This document shows positions 53,213-64,000 of a stretch of 64,000 nt of DNA, in pieces. Source of the stretch: Octopus vulgaris (taxonomy: Eukaryota); contig OX597817.1 in the NCBI GenBank assembly GCA_951406725.2, positions 121,396,001 through 121,460,000 on the forward strand. Reading direction: 5' to 3'. The notes beneath the pieces were generated by a model. It was not told the origin of the DNA, did no database searches, and worked only from the letters and a program-made list of their open reading frames with translations. How positions within the stretch are numbered: position 1 is the first letter of the stretch; the number at the start of each line of letters is the position of its first letter. Both the position numbers and the translations under genes were made by a program.

Positions 53213-53312
53213 TGTTTGTTCCTTCTCGAGCCATGCCTGGCTCATAAGGGCCGGTTTCCCGGTTTCTTGGTGTATAGGTTCCCCACCTGGACGGGACGCC
53301 GGTCCGTCGCAG
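53213..53312 (-). mobile_element. 100-bp 5'-truncated retroposon (type 1 tail only)
   Basis: Similar to about 32330-32415; 12-bp TSD AAATATATCCAT at 53201-53212 and 53313-53324. Confidence 0.85.
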
Positions 53313-53354
53313 AAATATATCCATCTGTATCTATATACATATTCACACATACAC

Positions 53355-55779
53355 AGAACTTTTATCAATTTTTTAGAATCATTTCCCGCTGAACCGCTTA
53401 TAGCTGATGAAAGCAAGCTTATGTGTTTAATAGCGCACATAGATAAAGACGTTTACGAACTCATAAGTGAATGTGAGAATTACGCAGAAGCAATTCAAAC
53501 TCTGGAGAGACTGTACGTGAAACCTTTGAACATTATTTTTGTGAGACACCTTTTGATGACATGCAAACAAGAACTAGGTCAATTAGTTGACGACTATATA
53601 CAGGAATTGAAACGACTAGCTAAAGATTGCGGGTACAGAGCAGTGGACGTTGAGACTCACAAAAATGAAACTGTTCGTCCCGCATTTATCTCGGGATTAA
53701 CATCATCTTCAACACACCTTAGACTTTTAGAAAATGCTCAAGATGCGGCGATAACTTTAGAAGCAATATTTAACCAAGCTCGCACGCTGGAAGTTGCTCA
53801 AAGGAATTCCGAAGTGTAGCGAGAAAACGAATTCAAAAATCCTGCACCTTTTGCGGATCTAATGATTTTCATCCGAGGTTTAAGTGTTCCGCTAGGCGGA
53901 GAAAGTGTTATAAATGTGGATATTTTGGTAATTTTACTAAGGAATGCCGGTCAGGTAACCGCAAAAATTTTGATAAGACATCAGCAGTTCTTGATGATGG
54001 CAACTTGACCGTAGTTTTATGTCAAGGTTGAGCTGCTACTAAAGTTAATTATAAAATTAGTCGATGGCATGAAAGCATTTGCTTTGATTGATACCGGCTC
54101 TACTATATTAGCAAAGACATTGCAAAAAAAAAAATGCTGGTGAAGTCCGAAAGGAATGAAATTAACATGGCTGTCAATGGAAGTCGTTCCCAAATCGACG
54201 GTTATTGTATGGGTTCAATTGAACTTCAAAGAAGAATTTACGTGCAAGTAAAGCTGGTAGTACTTGATAATTTGTTTGTATATATAATGTTAGGACAACA
54301 TTTCTTAAAACACCATCAACATGTACAAATTACCTTTGACGGTGACAATCCACTGTTACATTTGGGAGCTCTAAGTTGCATTAAAAGTGACATTACACCG
54401 AGGTTGTTTGAAAATTTAAACTTTAACTGTAAAACCATAGTTACGAAATCGAGAAGACAGCCCGCCAATAATGAAAAATTTATTGCTGGTAATATAAGCC
54501 GAGATCTGGCAGAAGGGGTAATTGAACCTAGTGTTTCTCCCTGGCGAGACCAGGTATTGGTAATATCAGGAGAAAATCATCGCAAGAGCCTGTGTATTGG
54601 TTATAGCGAGATTATAAATAAGTTTACACAATTAGATGGATATTCACTGCCAAATATGCATGACATGGTCACAAAAATAGCTCAATTTAATTATTTTAGC
54701 ACACTGGATCTCAAAAGCGCGTATCATCAAGTTGAGATTCCAGTTGAAGATCGACCTTACCCGGCTTTCGAAGCACAGGGAAAATTGTATCAAAGCAAAC
54801 GTATCGCTTTCGGACTTACAAACGCAGTGCCCTGTTTACAGAGAGTGATCGATAATATAATCAAGAATCATAATTGTAGAGCTATTTTTGCATATATCGA
54901 CAGCATAACTATGTGCGTGGTAAATCGAAGAAAGAACATGATCAAAATTTAAAACATTTTCTTCATGTTGCTAAAGACTGTAATTTTAACTTTTAATGAT
55001 GCAAAATGCATTTACAGCACTACACTGATTCGATTGCTTGGCTATGAAATTCAAAATGGTAACTTGAAACCTGACCCTAACCGGAAAAAGCCCTTACTAG
55101 AACTACCTATTCCTAGTACCCACAAAGCATTGAGTCGAATTGTTGGTCTATTTGCGTATTATTTCAAATGGATTCTAAAATTCTCTGTCAAGATAAAACC
55201 GTTGGTTGATACTAAATATTTTCTTTTGAGTGAACAAGCCTCGTCAAGTTTAAAAACCTTAAGAGATTATTTAGCTAATGCTACATAGAAACAGACGCAT
55301 CGGAGGTAGCTATATCTGGCATTTTACACCAAAATTGAAAGCTAGTTGCACATTTTTCAAGAACCCTCAACCCAAGTGAGCGTCGTTATTCTTGTATTAA
55401 AAAAGAGGCGACAGCGATTGTGGAATCTGTGAGAAAATGGTTTCATTTTCTTCTTGGACGTAACTTCACACTGATAACTCATCAAAACAGTGTGGCTTTT
55501 CTGTTTAATTGTCAAAAGCGCAGTAAACCTAAAAACGAAAAGATAATGCGTTGGCGAATAGAACTAACCCAGTATAAATTTGATATTATTTACCGCCAAG
55601 ACAAGTTTAATGTAGCATCTGATGCTTTATCACATACCTATTGCGCAGCCACGACTGATAATGAACTGTACCGTGTTCATGCTGCGCTGCGTCATCCTGG
55701 GATCACACGGTTGTTTCATTATATTAAAGTTAAGAGTTTACCATTCTCTGTAGAGGATGTAAAGCGTGTAAGAACCTAA
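53355..55779 (+). mobile_element. Decayed Ty3/Gypsy LTR retrotransposon, gag-pol
   Basis: gag (RHLLMTCKQE...YIQELKRLAKDC), zinc-knuckle remnant CYKCGYFGNFTKEC, protease ALIDTGST (about 54085-54105), RT LDLKSAYHQ, FGLTNA, YIDS, RNase H TDASEVAISG...SRTL...KEATAIV, start of integrase HPGITRL; order PR-RT-RH-INT; frameshifts and stops; no LTRs seen. Confidence 0.93.
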
Positions 55780-55792
55780 CCACTATACAACG

Positions 55793-56330
55793 AGTGGTGG
55801 TGTGGTAAGAAGCTTCTAGGTGTGGCACCTTGGGCAAGTGACTTCTACTGTTGGTAGTCAGAAAGAAACCCATCGTATATAACGTGTGTGTAATGAAGTA
55901 TGTGTGTGTGGAAAGTCCCTACTACCGCTTGTCTCACCACTTGGCAACGCCGTCCAAGAATTTGAACTTGGAGATCTCTATTTCCAGCGACTTCGAGGGC
56001 CACCTTCCAGTGGTGTCGGGCGTCAACGACAAGACGACCAAAGTTTTTTTCAAGGTCTGGGGTCTCCCGCTCCTAAGCCCTAGACCATCACCTAATCACC
56101 CTTACCCGTCTTGTTGCTTAATAACAACAACAACAGCAACCACTTGGCAACCGGTGTTGGTGTGTTTACCTCTCCGTACTTAACGGTTATGCAAAAATGA
56201 GTATGACAGAATAAGTACCACGCTTAAAAAAATAAGTACGAAGGTGAATTCGTTCGACTAAAAAATTCTGTTACACTGAACTCCAACATGGTCGCAGTCT
56301 AATGATTGAAACGAGTAAAAGATGGAAAGT
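55793..56330 (+). mobile_element. SINE family B (internally deleted), interrupted by an insertion
   Basis: GTGGTAAGAAGCTT, GGCACCTTGGGCAAGTG, resuming at GGTGTTGGTGTGTTTAC through the tail. Confidence 0.82.
55949..56138 (+). mobile_element. 190-bp retroposed insertion with (ACA)n tail
   Basis: 13-bp TSD ACCACTTGGCAAC at 55936-55948 and 56139-56151; GC-rich body. Confidence 0.85.
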
Positions 56331-56797
56331 AAAGTCTTCATAAAGTTTCATTTGATCTACTTACATAAATAACTTCCAAGAAGTATTCTGTATGAAGCAT
56401 GTATTAAACTTATTTCATAGCTTTACCAGAAGAAGATGGATATACATGACATAAGCACATTCTTACTCTTGCATGCACACAAACCAGTGTGTAACCTATG
56501 TTCTAGGACCGAAGCCGTAACCAGATTCTTGCAACAAATGATTGTCTCTTCATACAAGGCCAAGGTGATATTTTAGCAATTCTCTGAATTAAGTCTTTCA
56601 TTTAAAAAAGAAACGTTTTCTCAAACGGACTGAAATGCCGTTTCTGGTTATCAAATTTAGCTTACAAGAGGTTTAGTTAATCTAAAGCTACGATAGAAGA
56701 CGCTCGCCCAACCTTCGGCACAGTATGGAAACCAGACTAAGTTAAACCCGCGATTTCATTTTTAGGGAACTACATTTTACCGTTTCATTATTATTAC

Positions 56798-56848
<51 letters not shown>

Positions 56849-57031
56849 TTTTATATTAAAGTAGCATATTTAAATATCGTATCTGTAGTAAGTTTGCTTC
56901 GATTTCCGAAGACAGGGTTCATTTATAATTCATTCATAAGCGTGTCAAGTTTTATTTGAGTCAATGATGCGTTAATTCTAAACGGCATGAATAAAAATTC
57001 CTTTTATTCACACACACACACACGCACGCAC

Positions 57032-57093
<62 letters not shown>

Positions 57094-59364
57094 TCATACA
57101 AATACATAAAACGTGTCAATAGAAGAATATGTAGTAGTGAAGTGTTTAAGAATGAGTGAGAGTGAAGAATGAAAGAGTGAGAGTGACGGATAGGAAGTGT
57201 GGGGCAGAGAAGAAGAAAAAGAGTGAAGAAGTGAGAGTGTTAAGCTGTGTGTCGCATGGATCTAAGTCGCACTGCACGGGGAAGTAGGAAAAAGGAGAGA
57301 GTAAAAAGAGAAAGAAAGTAGAGGGAGAGAGTAGAGAGATGTTTTGTGGAATTACGAGGTGATAGTGAGAGTGGGGAGAAAAAGCCACTCAGATGAGCGC
57401 GAGCATGAGCATATACATGTATGTATATACGCAATAGTAGTTTGCTTTAATGTTGATTTTGGTAAGGATATTAACTGATATAGGTGGCGCTCATATTCGT
57501 GAACAGTTTAATTCAAAATATCCTAGAAAATTTAATACATGCGTTCTAGTGGAAATAATTGTTGTCTGCTAGGCAGTTTCTTTGTAAATTTCATCTTTCA
57601 AAAGGTGACTACTATATTTTCATTATGCATAATATTATTCTGCTACCATTTACGTATGAAACACTACAATAATGTAATGAAATAGATGACATAATCCATT
57701 ATGGATACAGCATTTATATTATATAAAATACAATTTCAAAAGAATTTATGTACTTCATGGTTCTCTACAAATTTTAAAACAATCTTATAAATTTGAAAAT
57801 AACCGTGAACATTCCACGCTAACTGCGTATATAAAGTAAGAATGCATATGTTTTAGAAGGTGAGAAACAACTATTAAATTTTGTTTGAAGCATAGAATTA
57901 CTTTTCTGAAAATAGATTTTATGATAAATTTTAATATTCTATACATTCCCCAAAGTAATATTTTGACAGTAGGTTCTTATACAGTTCTCTTCCACAATTG
58001 ATATATTACTAATAAAATAAATTTGAAATAATTTTCTCGTATAAATTAATATATTAATTTTCATAATGCACACACATACACACAAAATATACATTTAGAT
58101 TAAACGAATGTCCTAGTCACGCCTTTTAAAGTTATAGCGTCATTGAATCAAATGAAAATTGAAGCTTTGTGTTATGGATGAATTAGACATCGACTATAAG
58201 TCTTCGAAAGGCAAACCAAATTTACCACGAAAACAATATTTTATTACGTTTTGAGGAAATGATGAAGAAACGGAAATATTGGAGTTTCCTTGAAATGAAA
58301 TGGCAGCTATAATTACTTTACGTCTGAATATTTTTATTGCATATAAAATGTATTATATAACTTCAACTATCTCGTTTTAAAATAGATCATACAAAATATT
58401 CTTGATGATTTTATATATGCATACTGAAATTGTATGTTAAGTTGAGTTAGTAATAATATTTGCATATATACGAGAAAGAACGTACGTATGTGTATGCTTA
58501 GGTAAATTTATTGTGGAGATCGGGTAACAAGAGTTAAAGTAATATAAAAAGTATGTAGTAGTCAGAAAAAATAAGACAAATACAAACTGAGCGGTCGAAG
58601 TAGTTTACGCTCCATTATGTAACCCTTTAGAAGGATATTTTACGATTGACTACTACGATGCACTGATTTCCAAATTTATATGACATTAGGCTTGCGTTCT
58701 TAGAATATTTTTTATCCATTTAAATAAAAGCAATTTCACAAAAATAATGACATTTGTAAAGATTTATTATACAAAGTTAAATGACTTATAAATTCTCTTC
58801 AAATACCGAAACCTAATTGTAATATGTTATTTTATTTCAGGATTCTTGTTTTCTAATCATCAGCAAATCATACAAGCAATTTGCTCGGATAACCATTGCA
58901 GAATTTGATTCAGTGCGAAAGCAATTAGTTTGAGTTACCGACTATATTACATTTCGACCAAATTTGATTGTGAAAATGTTTCTAACTGCTGTAAATTCAC
59001 AATCAATACCTTGTCTACATATTATTTGAACAATTAACAATTATGGTGGAATATTATGGTGGATTTATATAGTGCCGATTACAATTACTTAATAGTGTAA
59101 TACAATTGTTAATAATACTTCTATATAATGTTAATTATAAATTATAAATTTTCTTCCAAAAGAAACAAATCAAATTCCGAATGTATTGTATTTCGTAGAG
59201 TCTTGTTTGTATTTTCTTAGGAAGGTCTATTTAGATTACAGCTACAATTCAATTGTGAAACGAATAATAAAATGAGGTAAGATTCAGAATTTAAAGAAAA
59301 ACCCTGCTGGCAGTAGGAACGATTTCTTTTTCTTATTTCAAGAAGGATAAGTATCGTAAACGTT

Positions 59365-59550
59365 AGATTTTTTCACACCTAACACCAAGGTAACACACTT
59401 TCCGCAAAGTTACCCTGTATTTTTCAACCATATTTAATCTAGAATTACAATATCTAACATGTCTCTCCTTCCTTAAGACGCTATAATATAATTTTGGGAG
59501 GCATTTCGCTGCTATTTCTGGCAGGTCGCGTGGCCATATAGAGGCTCTGT
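59365..59550. mobile_element. Old dispersed repeat, family D
   Basis: GCTGCTATTTCTGGCAGGTCGCGTGGCCATATAGAGGCTC block. Confidence 0.55.
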
Positions 59551-62099
59551 TTTGTTGGTTTGAAATAATTGCGTAGAACATTTTATTTAGAATATTGATC
59601 TGACTAAAAAAAGATTAGTAAATGAAGCATACAATCTATAAGATTCAACCGCCCACATTTACTATATTAAACGAACTAGATGCTTCATAAATTGATATTT
59701 GCTAGAATAATCTTGATTAGCAGTTGCGTCATCTGAGGGCAATACCTAACATACAATTTTAGTGATGTATAAATATTTAATGTTGCACTCATTCATACTT
59801 TTTACTAATATGAAATATCATTATAGTTACTAAACTCGACTCGCATAAAAGTGAATTAGAATTCACGAAAAGATTAATCTTTGCTGGTACTGTAATTATA
59901 TCAGTTTGGAGATGAAACTAACGACAAACACTAATATTGTTTACATAGAATAGTTGGAGATTTATGTAAAGTATTTCACACACGTTACTGAACTACATTG
60001 ATTATATCATTACTACTCATTGGAATGATGTATGTGTAGAATTTTTTAAAATGTAATTTACTATACATATCTAATGATTTATGTTCTTGTATAATAAGCC
60101 ATCATTACGTCTGTATATAACTTGCATGTAAACATTTTATTTTCATTTTAGAAGAATGATATCAAATCATGAAACATGACAATTCTGGATGATAGTTTAG
60201 CAAATATGTATTTTATGCTTCAGGTGTAGACGTGGCAATGTCTAAAAGATTTTCAGCTGTCATTTAAGGTCAAACGGAGCATTCATTGAAAAGTGTGAAT
60301 TATTTCCAAGTGAAAGCACTGTTGCTCAGGCAGGAATCACGCTGGTGTTGATAGAGGTCTACCTAATTACAGCATCATGTAGTCTGTGGTAGATAGTATT
60401 ACTTCCTGCAGCAGATCTACTATTCTTAGCCGTTAAATATATTCTATCAGAAGTTCTTTGTACAAAGACATGTTGTGTATTATTACTTGAACACACTTTC
60501 CACACGAAAAGACATGGCAGAAATATAATTATTTCTATGGCAGAAATAAAGTTATTGAAGTGTAAAATTAATGAAAATGAGAATCCGATACGTCAAAATC
60601 TCATATACATTTTCGTTATAATTCTATTAATGACAGTAAATGTATTTCTGTAGCTGTGACCAAACATATAATTATTAATAGTAGTAGTTGTGAGAATGAA
60701 GTTGTCTGTTTTATTATAATTAAATACCTAGGTTGTTCTTTAATTCTATTTTTGTTCAAATTTTTCAATTTACTTCTTATCTTATTGCATAGTTCCATTT
60801 CAAAATCGAGTTAAGATATCGAGCAGAGATTTTGAAGTAACATGAATATTTTATAAATCAGACATTTTTATAATTGTGGTTATAATTCAATGAAACCATG
60901 TTATGTTTTATTACAATCTGAAAGAGAAAACGAAGGTTCAAAATATTTTATCTCTGCTGCTTCTCTAGAAAAAATTCTGAAACCAATTTAAGATTGTCTA
61001 TCCTTTTACAAGAAACTAGCTCGATTAAGTCTGTTTGCACAACACATGCTCTGAGCATTCCATAAGTTTTAAGGCATACACAGTTTAATGAGTGATGTAA
61101 TTAAAATACTCAGTCTTCTTTCTTATCTAATGATAACATGTTGAGTAATGGTAAAACTAATTACTTATTCAGTATATACATAGTGCTGAATAAGTATTTA
61201 GTACAGGGAAAATAAAACTGTGTAATGCGTACTATGTCTAAACGGTATTAAAATTTTACTACAGGCGCGAGCAGGTGACAACTCGGAGCGGATTCTTAAA
61301 TTCATGCCAATTTTGAACTAACAAGAATGTAGCTACATTTGGATTCTCATGAAATAGTATTTCTAAAGCAATGATCATAAACCCTTACTGTAGTAAGAAC
61401 ATATTGTGAGTTATCAGATGATGAGTAAAAGACATTGGAAATAAAGCGATATATTGATAACTTGACATTTGTATGTATAGGAATTAAGTTAGAATATATT
61501 TCTGATATCTGATAAAATGTGTAAGCCTTGCAAAGCAGAACACAATAATATTATGAACATTTTGCTACGACTTGGGTTTGAAAACGGATTTGATGTTGAA
61601 TTGAGGAGAGGATTCATTGAAATATTTCCTCATAAAATAAAAATCAACATGGAAAAATAGAAAGAGAGGATATAACATCGGTATAGTCAAATTTTGTTTG
61701 AAAACTGAAGTTTATTTAGAAAGATGACTTCAATGTTAAAAAATATAGGACACAATTGTAGAGATAAGCAGTCTTTTCATAGGAAGTGCTGCAGTCTCGT
61801 GATCAATTTGAATGTATACATGATATCGATGCGATCATATACAGCTAGGAAAAATATGTTATATTTTGGAGACGATGGCACAATAAACATACCTTATATT
61901 TCGCTTTTCCAGTGATTTGATTGTTGCTACCAATGTTCTTTTCAAATTCCAGTGAATACATTCGATAGATACAAACTGACTGGGGTATATCATATTTTTT
62001 AAACGTATAAAGTGAAAAAAAAATCCAAACGTTGATTTGACATCCCATTGATATGTCAGTGTCTGTGTATTTGTGGATAATTGTATTTGAAATGGTTCA

Positions 62100-62101
62100 T
62101 G

Positions 62102-62186
<85 letters not shown>

Positions 62187-62326
62187 AGAAGAAGAAGAAG
62201 AAGAAGAAGAAGAAGAAGAAGAAGAAGAAGAAGAAGAAGAAGAAGAAGAAGAAGAAGAAGAAGAAGAAGAAGAAGAAGAAGAAGAAGAAGAAGAAGAAGA
62301 AGAAGAAGAAGAAGAAGAAGAAGAAG
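62100..62326. repeat. (GATA)n(GA)n(GAA)n compound microsatellite
   Basis: Directly visible; the (GAA)n run is about 140 bp and uninterrupted. Confidence 0.97.
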
Positions 62327-62360
62327 CATTGTTCTGAAATACAGTTTCTCTAATATCAAT

Positions 62361-62412
<52 letters not shown>

Positions 62413-62489
62413 ACCGGTATAAGATTTGCGCATGCGTATTCTGTATTCTGTATTGCATAATTATCTCAAACTTCACACTACGTGGGCAA

Positions 62490-62577
62490 TAGTGGCGAGC
62501 TGGTTGAATCGTTACCGCGTCGGACAGAAATTATTAGCACAACTTTTTGTGGTTCTTTACGTTCAGAGTTAAAATTT
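62490..62577 (+). mobile_element. SINE family A, 5' fragment
   Basis: GGCGAGCTGGTTGAATCGTTACC...TTTACGTTCAGAGTTAAAAT. Confidence 0.7.
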
Positions 62578-64000
62578 GAGACTATTACTAGTTCTACCTG
62601 CATGCCAAGTATGTAAATTAAGAAACAAATAAGCTACTCTGAAGTTAGATCTTTTTGAGAAAAGTATTCTGAACAGCTGTTGACAGTATTTGTTTCTATT
62701 ATCACCAAATGAAAAAAACAAAAAAAAGGCAATTACTTATTAGTTTAATGTGATGAAGTTAAAGCTAATTTGAATCTACGTATTATACTTCTAGAACAAG
62801 ACACAGGTGGAAAAGAAGGTTATCGAATGTAACAATATTAGAGGGTGTAATTTTGAAATCCGGGAAGTTGTATGATGTGGGAATTGCCTAAAAATTAAAG
62901 TTAAAAAAATTAAAGCAATCTCAAGCACTTGAAATAGTTAAGTACGATGACGATTATATTATGAATAAATATATTGAACTTTCGAAACTTAAAAACATGA
63001 TAGATACATACGGGATTCGAAACTGCCTAAATGTCAGTGCCTTAGATTCTGCAAATGCGGAAATATGTGGTGTGCAACAATGAATATATAATTCGGGAAA
63101 ACACTTTATCTATACTAAAATCTATTCTTGCATTCACTGAAATTCAGACTTGAACTTGATATAAAATCATAAACAATTATAATTGTTGTTATTTCTACTG
63201 CTTTCAAAACATCTAAAGCACTCAATGAATGCATATTTAGATATATGGTCAAACCTTGTCAATGTTTCTGAGGACTACAAACATTTAATAAATTGCTTAA
63301 TGAGATATTTGGCAAGGTGAGACAATAAGAGTTTACGATAAGTCAAATATATTGAATAGGTTTCGGTGGAGAAAATGCAACAACATTATTCAAAAGAAGA
63401 AAATGACATTATAGTAAGACGATACATCATCCCTAAAGTAAATATTAAATAGCTTGAGCAATGGACATTTAAGAAGAATCGATACATTCAAATGTTCTAA
63501 TGCTAGATGCATTTCAAATAAGGAATGTTAGCATTACTTGTCAACACTAATTGGACACAACTCAATAATTGTTTTATGGAGAATACCAATTTATTCTTCG
63601 TTTAAGAGCCTGAAATAGTAGTAGCAGTTGTGATTTCTTTTATGCGTTTCAACCATGAGGCTGGGAACATGTTGGAGCACTACTATTGTTTAACTTCACA
63701 TACGCGCTGAGACTGAAAAGCGAAAGGTGTTCCTTCAATTGTGGTTATCTAAGCTTTGTTTTGATTTCACACTATGTGTTCCTAGGACCATCATCTAAAT
63801 GAGTATTTCTATGTTTGAAAAGAGAGTTGGGTACCATCTGAAGGAGATGAAGCTATTATATCCACCATATTTAGCGATCACATGCAGTAGCACTCGTTAG
63901 CTCGTTTTTTGATGCACTTAACATACTATCGCAGCAGGTTAGCTTAATGGGAAGTAATTTGATAATTTCATTAACAGATTACAAATGTGGGTCAACACGA

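Noticed and set aside
53130-53354. N-terminal extension of the 229-aa gag ORF
   Set aside because: It reads through a TSD-flanked retroposon fragment and low-complexity DNA; gag similarity starts near 53355.
61859-62476. 205-aa poly-Leu ORF
   Set aside because: Antisense of the (GAA)n(GA)n microsatellite.
14740-64000. Short peptide resemblances to RNF213 (e.g. IISYEVE in ORF 16127-16336, LRYLVY in 30095-30334, KIFSLLY in 33496-33798) that seemed to thread a giant pseudogene
   Set aside because: Working from memory I could thread equally colinear matches on both strands over the same DNA, needing free frameshifts, while the invariant Walker A motifs were absent. This is what chance matching in AT-rich DNA looks like. 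tblastn with mollusc RNF213 would settle it.

Overview
AT-rich, microsatellite-dense eukaryotic DNA with no intact cellular protein-coding gene that I can support. The tRNA-derived SINE families and the repeat landscape suggest a coleoid cephalopod, most likely Octopus (inference from recall, not a search). Almost all ORFs in the supplied track are microsatellite or SINE artefacts. Supportable content: about 25 copies of 4-5 SINE-like families, several with target-site duplications (TSDs); a decayed Ty3/Gypsy gag-pol; a separate LTR followed by a tRNA-Ser primer-binding site; an internally deleted Tx1/L1-type LINE; RTE, R4/Dong and APE-LINE fragments; two Tc1/mariner transposase remnants; a non-autonomous Helitron; two long fold-back inverted repeats; and a split 13-bp minisatellite. 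The most interesting signals are a minimal Penelope-type hammerhead ribozyme with a palindromic loop III (13494-13545, minus strand) plus decayed relatives, the minisatellite that may have grown out of a transposase 3' end, and head/tail swapping among SINEs. Two or three possible minus-strand exons at 8.4-11.3 kb hint at an unidentified transcript. SINE family letters A-E are my working labels only.
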